Positions 8,779 to 15,890 of a DNA stretch of 64,000 bases are shown in pieces (positions within the stretch are counted from its first letter, which is position 1; each line of letters starts with the position of its first letter). A program made the translations under genes and the position numbers. The notes under the pieces are model-generated. The model searched no databases, was not told the DNA's origin, and saw nothing but the letters and a program-made list of their open reading frames with translations. Source of the stretch: Lachnospiraceae bacterium (GTDB lineage: Bacteria; Bacillota; Clostridia; Lachnospirales; Lachnospiraceae); contig JAFXSQ010000030.1 of the NCBI GenBank assembly GCA_017525525.1, forward strand, positions 63 to 64,062. The letters run 5' to 3'.

Positions 8779-10893
8779 ATGGATAAAGCGACGTTGAATA
8801 ATCCGGAAAACTACTATAACAGAGAGCTTTCCTGGCTGCAGTTTAATTACAGAATACTTGAGGAGGCGAGAGATAAGAGCATACCTCTTTTTGAGAGGAT
8901 GAAGTTCCTCGGGATAACCGAGAGCAATCTTTCGGAATTCTTTATGGTCAGGGTAGCTTCGCTGGTGGATCTTACCAATGCGGGAGTGGAAAAGACCGAT
9001 ATTGCGGGTCTTACCCCCAGGCAGCAGCTTGATTTGATAATTCCCGAGACAAAGAATATGACTAAGCAGCAGTATCAGACCTTGAACCGTACCATCCTTC
9101 CGGAACTTGCGGAGAGCGGGGTTAATCTTGTGAGGGATTATAACGAGCTTGATGATAAGCAAAAGAAATTCGCAGATCGATTTTTCATGAAGGAGGTCTA
9201 TCCTGTATTGACGCCCATGGCGGTGGACGCGTCAAGGCCCTTCCCGCTTATAGGCAACCGAACCCTTAATATAGGCGCGCTTGTCAGGGACAAGAAGAGT
9301 GATGTGGTGGATATCGCGACGGTTCAGGTTCCTTCCGTTCTGTCAAGGATAGTGGAGCTTCCGTCGGCGGGCGCCATGAGAACCGTTATGCTCCTTGAGG
9401 ATGTGATAAAGCAGAATTTGAATAAGCTTTTCCTTAATTACGAGATAGTCTGCGCGCACACCTACAGAATAATAAGAAATGCCGATCTCTCGATAGATGA
9501 GGATGAGGCGGCCGATCTTTTAAAGGAGATAGAAAAGCAAATCAGGCTCCGCGCATGGGGCGAGGTTATAAAGCTTGAGGTGGAGGCTGACATCAACAAG
9601 AAGCTTTTGAAAGAGCTTAAATCAAAGCTCGAGGTGGGCGATGCCACGGTTTTCAGCATCAACGGTCCGCTTGACCTTACATTTATAGGAAAGCTTGCGG
9701 GACTTTCGGGCTTTGATCATCTGAAGAATAAAAAGTTTACTCCTCAGCCTGTGCCGGGGATAGACCCCGACAGGAACCTTTTTGAACAGATTAAAGAAAA
9801 GGATATCTTCCTTCATCATCCGTATTATGAGTTTACGCCGGTTGTGAATTTTATCCGCCAGGCTGCTTCGGACCCGGATGTGCTTGCGATAAAGCAGACC
9901 CTTTACCGTGTGAGCGGTAATTCACCGATAGTTGCGGCTCTTGCGAAGGCAGCGGAGAACGGCAAGCAGGTAACGGTTCTCGTGGAATTGAAGGCCCGCT
10001 TTGACGAGGAAAACAATATCAACTGGGCGAAGACACTTGAGAAAGCAGGCTGTCATGTAATATACGGACTTGTGGGACTTAAGACACACTCTAAGATTGC
10101 CCTTGTGGTAAGGCGTGAGGAGGAGGGAATAAAGCGTTATGTCCACCTCGGAACCGGTAATTATAATGATATTACTGCAAGACTTTACACCGATACCGGA
10201 ATTCTTACCGCAAATGATAAGATAGGAGAGGATGCCACGGCTGTGTTCAATATGCTTTCGGGCTATTCCGAACCGCCGTCATGGAACAAGCTTTTGGTTG
10301 CGCCTATATGGATGAAGAAGAAATTCATATATCTAATAAACCGTGAAGCGCAAAATGCCAAAGCGGGCAAGGAGGCGCGCATAGTAGCCAAGATGAATTC
10401 GCTTTGCGATCCGGACATAATCAAGGCGCTTTACGAGGCTTCCTCCGCCGGAGTAAAGATAGAGCTCATAGTCAGAGGTATTTGCTGCTTAAAAGTCGGT
10501 GTTCCGGGACTTTCGGAGAATATCAGCGTTCGTTCCATAGTAGGAAACTTCCTTGAACATGCGAGGATATTCTACTTCCATAACGAAGGATTTGCGGACT
10601 GCTATATGGGAAGCGCTGACTGGATGCCGCGAAATCTTGATAAGAGAGTGGAGATAACCTTCCCGGTGGAGGATCCGGACGCGAAGGAAAGGGCGCTCAG
10701 CATCTTAAGAATACAGCTTAGCGATACGTTGAAGGCGCATATCATGCAGCCTGACGGATCTTATGTTAAGCAGGATTTGAGAGGCAAGGAAAAGCTGTCT
10801 GCGCAGGAGTTCTTTATGAAGGAGGCCGTAAACGCAGGAAAAAATGACGAAAAAAAGCCTGCCAGGGTCTTCGTTCCTCGTACAAGTGACTAA
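8779..10893 (+). CDS. ppk: polyphosphate kinase 1
   Basis: N-terminus YYNRELSWLQFNYRILEEA and two PLD-like HKD-type C-terminal domains (THSKIALVVRRE, HARIFYF). ATG 8779 is preferred over the ORF-track start at 8746. Confidence 0.93.
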   Translation: MDKATLNNPENYYNRELSWLQFNYRILEEARDKSIPLFERMKFLGITESNLSEFFMVRVASLVDLTNAGVEKTDIAGLTPRQQLDLIIPETKNMTKQQYQTLNRTILPELAESGVNLVRDYNELDDKQKKFADRFFMKEVYPVLTPMAVDASRPFPLIGNRTLNIGALVRDKKSDVVDIATVQVPSVLSRIVELPSAGAMRTVMLLEDVIKQNLNKLFLNYEIVCAHTYRIIRNADLSIDEDEAADLLKEIEKQIRLRAWGEVIKLEVEADINKKLLKELKSKLEVGDATVFSINGPLDLTFIGKLAGLSGFDHLKNKKFTPQPVPGIDPDRNLFEQIKEKDIFLHHPYYEFTPVVNFIRQAASDPDVLAIKQTLYRVSGNSPIVAALAKAAENGKQVTVLVELKARFDEENNINWAKTLEKAGCHVIYGLVGLKTHSKIALVVRREEEGIKRYVHLGTGNYNDITARLYTDTGILTANDKIGEDATAVFNMLSGYSEPPSWNKLLVAPIWMKKKFIYLINREAQNAKAGKEARIVAKMNSLCDPDIIKALYEASSAGVKIELIVRGICCLKVGVPGLSENISVRSIVGNFLEHARIFYFHNEGFADCYMGSADWMPRNLDKRVEITFPVEDPDAKERALSILRIQLSDTLKAHIMQPDGSYVKQDLRGKEKLSAQEFFMKEAVNAGKNDEKKPARVFVPRTSD

Positions 10894-10907
10894 TAACAGG
10901 CTGACAG

Positions 10908-10939
10908 AAGCCGCCGGAGGTAAAATACGGCGGCTTTTG
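10908..10939 (+). terminator. intrinsic terminator after ppk
   Basis: AGCCGCC ... GGCGGCTTTTGT. Confidence 0.75.
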
Positions 10940-11035
10940 TGCCTTTAATCGCTTGGAAAAATGCACAAAAGAGCGCAGAAAATCTAACAATATGGTAAAA
11001 ATGTACAAATAATTCCAAAAAAATGAAAAAAGTGC

Positions 11036-11064
11036 TTGCATATTTGTTGATTATATCCTATAAT
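11036..11064 (+). promoter_or_regulatory. candidate sigma-A promoter of the sugar ABC operon or its leader
   Basis: AAAAAAGTGC TTGCAT, 17 nt, TATAAT. It shares its upstream module with the tRNA-Glu promoter. Confidence 0.65.
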
Positions 11065-11296
11065 CATCTACAGTCATGGCACAGGCCATGTCAGATTGTT
11101 AGTGCGCCGAATACGGCAAAGCCGCAAATTTAAGAGCGCACATGTTGGATTTCAGACGGTCGGGGCTGAGGTTGATTGTACATTTTGCACATACGCAATA
11201 TCCGCTTTGCGGGGAGGGGCGTACGGAATCTGTGAACAGGAAGCTTTAGTACCGATGCAGAAGAAAGCAACACACAGATTAAAGGAGGGTTTTTTT

Positions 11297-12769
11297 GTGA
11301 AGAAGTTCAAAAAGGCAATAGCTTTATCACTTTCACTTGCTATGGGTCTTTCACTCGCAGCTTGTGGTGACAAGAAGGAAGAGACTACTACAGCAGCTAC
11401 TACAGCAGCAGCTACAGAGGCTACGACAGAGGCAGCTCAGGATACTGAGGCTCCCGCTGAGACAGAGGCTCAGGACACAGAGGCTCCCGCTGAGACAGAG
11501 GCAGCAGCTGGCGCTGACTTCTCAGGCGACGGTAAGGTACTTAACATCTACTGCTGGAATGAGGAGTTCAAGTCAAGACTTACAGATCACTATCCGGGCT
11601 ACGAGAAGGTTGATGACACAACAGGTAAGATCGGTGATATCACTGTTAAGTTCAACATTACACCGAGTGAGAACAATGCTTACCAGAACAACCTTGATGC
11701 TACACTTGCTGAGCAGGCTGACGCAGCAGACGATGACAAGATCGATCTTTTCCTTGTAGAGGCTGACTACGCTCTTAAGTATGTAAATACTGATTACACC
11801 ATGAATGTTGCTGATCTCGGTATCACAGACGCAGAACTCGCTGATCAGTATCAGTATACAAAGGACGTTGTTACAAGCTCAGACGGAGCACTTAAGGGTG
11901 TTTCATGGCAGGGTTGCCCTGGTGTACTTATCTACAACAGAGCTATGGCCACAGAAGTGTTCGGCTCCGATGATCCGGCAGAGGTTCAGAAGAACTTCTC
12001 TGACTGGGGCAAGTTCAAGGAGTCAGCAAAGGCTCTTAAGGAAAAGGGCTACTATGTAAATGCTACAGTTAACGATGCATATCGTGTATTCTCTAACAAC
12101 GTATCTTCACCTTGGGTAGTTGATGGCAAGATAGTTATCGACCAGGCTATGAAGGATTGGGTTGACCTTTCTAAGGAGCTTGTTGATGCTGGCGAGACCA
12201 CAACCGAGGGACTTTGGTCAGATACATGGAACAAGGGCTTCATGAAGGATTCTGATCTTCCTACATTCTCATACTTTGGACCTGCATGGCTCATCGACTT
12301 CTGTATGGCAGCTGATGACGCAGGTTCAATCGCACATGATGGCGGCTGGGCTGCAACAGAAGGTCCTCAGGGCTTCTACTGGGGCGGTACATGGATCTGC
12401 GCTGCAACTGGCACAGACAACCCGGCTCTCGTTGCTGATATCATGAGACAGTTAACATGCAATCCTGACGTTATGAAAGAGATCGTAGTAGCAGATAACG
12501 ATTTCGTTAACAACAAGCCTACCATGGAAGCTATGGCACAGGATACAAGCTATGGCGATGCAATCCTTGGCGGTCAGAACGCACTTGCTATGTTCTGCGC
12601 AGGCGCTGACAAGATCGACCTTTCTAACATCAGCGTTTACGATCAGGGATGTAATGAGAAGTTCCAGCAGGCTATGAAGAACTACTTCGAGGGAACTTCA
12701 ACCTATGATGAGGCTCTTGAGGCATTCTACACAGACGTACAGACCACTTATCCTGAGCTTACTCACTAA
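11297..12769 (+). CDS. ABC transporter substrate-binding lipoprotein (carbohydrate, CUT1-like)
   Basis: A GTG start lies 7 nt after AAAGGAGGG. It has a signal peptide with lipobox LSLAAC, a Thr/Ala/Glu-rich linker containing a 33-bp tandem duplication (11438-11503), and a solute-binding fold. Two permease genes follow. Confidence 0.85.
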   Translation: MKKFKKAIALSLSLAMGLSLAACGDKKEETTTAATTAAATEATTEAAQDTEAPAETEAQDTEAPAETEAAAGADFSGDGKVLNIYCWNEEFKSRLTDHYPGYEKVDDTTGKIGDITVKFNITPSENNAYQNNLDATLAEQADAADDDKIDLFLVEADYALKYVNTDYTMNVADLGITDAELADQYQYTKDVVTSSDGALKGVSWQGCPGVLIYNRAMATEVFGSDDPAEVQKNFSDWGKFKESAKALKEKGYYVNATVNDAYRVFSNNVSSPWVVDGKIVIDQAMKDWVDLSKELVDAGETTTEGLWSDTWNKGFMKDSDLPTFSYFGPAWLIDFCMAADDAGSIAHDGGWAATEGPQGFYWGGTWICAATGTDNPALVADIMRQLTCNPDVMKEIVVADNDFVNNKPTMEAMAQDTSYGDAILGGQNALAMFCAGADKIDLSNISVYDQGCNEKFQQAMKNYFEGTSTYDEALEAFYTDVQTTYPELTH

Positions 12770-12799
12770 TTGATCTAAGCTTTAATAAGTACCTAAATG

Positions 12800-12832
12800 A
12801 GCGTGTCTGTTCCCTTGCGGAGCAGACACGCT
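12800..12832 (+). promoter_or_regulatory. intercistronic hairpin between SBP and permease genes
   Basis: AGCGTGTCTG ... CAGACACGCT with no T-run. This is typical of the stabiliser/attenuator hairpins that follow SBP genes. Confidence 0.5.
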
Positions 12833-12869
12833 TATAATAAAAAAAGGTAGGACGGAGGTAGTAGAATAA

Positions 12870-13799
12870 ATGAGGGGCAGCAAAAACATTTCCCGATACA
12901 ATAGATGGGGTTACATATTCTTGATTCCGTTTATTGTGATTTTTATAGTATTTCAGCTGATTCCGCTTGGAACTACCATCTATAACAGCTTCTTTGAACA
13001 TTATTTCGCTAACGGCGGTATCACCGAGATCGGACCTAAATTCGTAGGTTTGCAGAACTTCGGTACTCTCTTTAGTGACGGTCGTGTGCTTACATGCTTT
13101 AAGAACACGATGATTATGTGGATACTCGGTTTTATTCCGCAGATTATAGTTTCACTGCTTCTGGCTGCATGGTTTTCAGATCCGAGCTTAAGGCTTAAGG
13201 GACAACCGTTCTTCAAGACGGTTATCTATCTGCCGAATCTTATTATGGCATCTGCATTTGCAATGCTTTTCTTTACACTGTTTTCAGACTTCGGTCCCAT
13301 AAACAGTATGCTTACAAAGATAGGTCTTATTTCATCACCTATTAAGTTTACCAGTACAGTCATGGGAACGAGAGGACTCGTTGCCTTCATGAACTTCCTT
13401 ATGTGGTTTGGTAACACCACAATCCTTCTCCTCGCAGGTATGCTTGGTATAGATACCTCACTTTATGAGGCGGCTGAGGTTGACGGTGCTACATCATCAC
13501 AGGTATTTTTCAGGATCACACTTCCTATCTTGAGACCGATACTTATATATGTGCTTATCACATCTCTTATCGGTGGTCTCCAGATGTTCGATGTGCCCCA
13601 GATCCTTACGAGTGGAGCCGGAGGTCCTATCGTAGATGGAAAGAAGACTTCACAGACCCTTATCATGTTGCTTAACGACCACTTGTTCAGTAAGAACTAT
13701 GGTATGGCCGGCGCGCTTTCGGTTGTCCTGTTCATTATAACAAGCTTGTTGAGCTTCCTGGTATTTAAGATGACAAAGTCAAATGACGAATACAAATAG
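12870..13799 (+). CDS. sugar ABC transporter permease
   Basis: 309 aa, six hydrophobic segments, EAA loop (YEAAEVDGATSSQVFFRITLP). Confidence 0.9.
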   Translation: MRGSKNISRYNRWGYIFLIPFIVIFIVFQLIPLGTTIYNSFFEHYFANGGITEIGPKFVGLQNFGTLFSDGRVLTCFKNTMIMWILGFIPQIIVSLLLAAWFSDPSLRLKGQPFFKTVIYLPNLIMASAFAMLFFTLFSDFGPINSMLTKIGLISSPIKFTSTVMGTRGLVAFMNFLMWFGNTTILLLAGMLGIDTSLYEAAEVDGATSSQVFFRITLPILRPILIYVLITSLIGGLQMFDVPQILTSGAGGPIVDGKKTSQTLIMLLNDHLFSKNYGMAGALSVVLFIITSLLSFLVFKMTKSNDEYK

Positions 13800-13811
13800 G
13801 AGGGAAAAGGC

Positions 13812-14666
13812 ATGCCTAAAAAAGAAAGAGGAATAAATGTCGGTGCCAGAAGAACAATATCCTATGTTGTACTCGTTTTCTTCACGATATTGTGCTTGTT
13901 TTGGTTCTACGTGTTGTTTATAAATGCTACCCGTTCTCATTCGGAGCTCGCTACGGGCTTTACCATGATACCGAGCACGCATGCTATAGATAACCTGAAC
14001 AACGTGTTGCACGACACAATCCCGATATTCTATGGCTTATTAAACAGCCTTATTGTATCATTCTGCACTTGCATTTTGTGTACATACTTCTCAACTATGA
14101 CGGCATTCGCAATCCATGCTTACGAGTATAAGCTTAAGAAGTTCATCTTCGGATTCATCCTTGCCATCATGATGATACCTACACAGGTTACCGCACTCGG
14201 ATTTATTCAGTTGATAAGAAAGATGAACCTCATGCAGAGCTTCATACCTCTTATTGTACCTTCGATTGCGTCACCTATCGTATTCTTCTACATGAAGCAG
14301 TACATGGAAAGTGCGCTTCCTCAGGAGCTTCTTGAGGCAGCCCGTATTGACGGTGCAGGAGAGCTTAGAATCTTCAACACCATAGCATTACCGCTTATGA
14401 AACCTGCTATAGCGGTTCAGGCAATCTTCTCCTTTGTAGGAGCTTGGAATAATTACTTTACTCCTTCACTTATCCTTACAAAGAACGACAAGAAGAAGAC
14501 ATTGCCTATCCTTATTGCAAAGCTTCGTTCAGCGGACTTCGCTAAGTTTGATATGGGTAAGGTTTACATGATGATTACACTTTCAATTCTGCCGGTTATT
14601 ATTGTATACTTGCTGATGTCAAGATACATCGTCGGCGGTGTTGCCGTAGGAGCCGTAAAGGGCTAA
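13812..14666 (+). CDS. sugar ABC transporter permease
   Basis: 284 aa, EAA loop (LEAARIDGAGELRIFNTIALP). A terminator hairpin follows. Confidence 0.9.
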   Translation: MPKKERGINVGARRTISYVVLVFFTILCLFWFYVLFINATRSHSELATGFTMIPSTHAIDNLNNVLHDTIPIFYGLLNSLIVSFCTCILCTYFSTMTAFAIHAYEYKLKKFIFGFILAIMMIPTQVTALGFIQLIRKMNLMQSFIPLIVPSIASPIVFFYMKQYMESALPQELLEAARIDGAGELRIFNTIALPLMKPAIAVQAIFSFVGAWNNYFTPSLILTKNDKKKTLPILIAKLRSADFAKFDMGKVYMMITLSILPVIIVYLLMSRYIVGGVAVGAVKG

Positions 14667-14693
14667 TACGGGTATCAGATAAAACCTTTTCGA

Positions 14694-14726
14694 GTAGGAG
14701 GGGAGCTTCCCCTCCTATTCGTATTT
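14694..14726 (+). terminator. intrinsic terminator after the ABC permease genes
   Basis: TAGGAGGGGA-GC-TTCCCCTCCTA followed by a T-rich stretch. Confidence 0.7.
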
Positions 14727-14811
14727 ATGCACGCGTTTTCGATAGGAAATATACCGCTTCGCGGCACGCGGGCGGCGAAACGTGTAAGGGAAGCTTTGTT
14801 TCACTTACACG
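14726..14811 (+). repeat. family-3 terminator-attached GC-rich hairpin repeat
   Basis: It starts TATGCACGCG at the end of the terminator T-run. It contains CCGCTTCGCGG and GTGTAAGGGAAGC...CACTTACACG hairpins. Confidence 0.75.
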
Positions 14812-14875
14812 AAAAAAATAATAAAGTTCCTTCGGTTCGTTTAGGTTGATAGAAGAAAGTTTTTGATAAAGCAGT

Positions 14876-14904
14876 GTCATTCTGAGCGAAGCGAAGAATC
14901 TTTA
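14876..14904 (+). repeat. family-1 unit (canonical)
   Basis: GTCATTCTGAGCGAAGCGAAGAATCTTTA, ending 12 nt before the yesL-like ATG. Confidence 0.9.
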
Positions 14905-14915
14905 TACTTAAAAGG

Positions 14916-15803
14916 ATGAAAAACATGGGCAAGAAGAAAAAAAAGGGAAGCAATATACAGAAGGTGAATAAAAAGCCGCAGAGCAACAATCTTGCGCAGA
15001 AGGCGACACTGCCTAAGGACATAGATTCCGCAAAGGCAAGGAATGCCGAGAAAAGAAAAGCGCAGGAAAAAGAAACTAGGGAAAAAGAAGCGAAAGCAGC
15101 CGAAGAGGCAAAGAAGACTGCGGAGCAAAAAGCAGCAGAGCAGGCTGCGATTGCGAAGCGTGAGGAGGAGGATCCTCCGATTAAGCCTAAGGGTGGCGCG
15201 GCTGTTTTTCATTTTCTTGATAAGGTGGGCGACATCTTCTTTTTGAATATGATATTTGTTATTACCTGTATTCCTATAATTACCATAGGAGCTGCTTTTA
15301 CTGCGCTTTATTATTCCTGCTACAAGATGGCAGAGAACAAAGAGGGCACATCTATCGTAAAGCTATATTTCAGGTCCTTCAAGGCCAATTTCAAGCAGGC
15401 GACGATTCTATGGTTTTTAATGCTGTTTGTTTTGGCCGGAGCTTATGTTTCATATGTAGGTTGGTATTATACCGATAACAACCTGCTCCTTATGCTTACG
15501 GGCTTTATTCTTCTTATAGTGAGCCTTTTCTTTCCGCTGCAGTTTCCGCTGCTTGCAAGATATGACAACACCTGTTTTACGATAATCAAGAATTCATTTA
15601 TGCTATTTATAACCAAATTCAAGTCGTGGGCAGTCGTATTCTTTGCGTGGGGCGGCCCGATAATAGTCTACGCCATGAATCCTAACTTCTTTGTGCTTAC
15701 TTGGTTTTTCTGGATAGTGTATCTCTTTGCTTTTGTGGCCTACGGAACTTCGTTTTCGCTGCTAAGACTGTTTGCGCAGCTCGAGAGCGAGCAGGAGGCT
15801 TGA
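14916..15803 (+). CDS. YesL-family (DUF624) membrane protein with Lys/Glu/Ala-rich N-terminal extension
   Basis: The C-terminal ~200 aa match the DUF624 pattern (FLNMIFVITCIPIITIGAAFTALYY) that usually accompanies sugar ABC operons. The first ~95 aa are low-complexity K/E/A. Confidence 0.7.
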   Translation: MKNMGKKKKKGSNIQKVNKKPQSNNLAQKATLPKDIDSAKARNAEKRKAQEKETREKEAKAAEEAKKTAEQKAAEQAAIAKREEEDPPIKPKGGAAVFHFLDKVGDIFFLNMIFVITCIPIITIGAAFTALYYSCYKMAENKEGTSIVKLYFRSFKANFKQATILWFLMLFVLAGAYVSYVGWYYTDNNLLLMLTGFILLIVSLFFPLQFPLLARYDNTCFTIIKNSFMLFITKFKSWAVVFFAWGGPIIVYAMNPNFFVLTWFFWIVYLFAFVAYGTSFSLLRLFAQLESEQEA

Positions 15804-15890
15804 GATTTATTGGATAAGATAATACCTTGCGTATTTCCATGTGCTTGGTTATAATCATAATAGTTATAATTTTGTTTTGGGGGAAAAGCT

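Noticed and set aside
11096-11296. N-terminal 67-aa extension of the SBP ORF.
   Set aside because: The extension has no RBS and no signal-peptide character. A GTG at 11297 follows a perfect AAAGGAGGG and begins a canonical lipoprotein signal peptide.
11438-11503. 33-bp tandem duplication inside the SBP gene.
   Set aside because: It is real (CAGGA(T/C)AC(T/A)GAGGCTCCCGCTGAGACAGAGGC x2, encoding QDTEAPAETEA twice). It lies in the low-complexity lipoprotein linker, where such duplications are common, so it is not treated as a separate finding.
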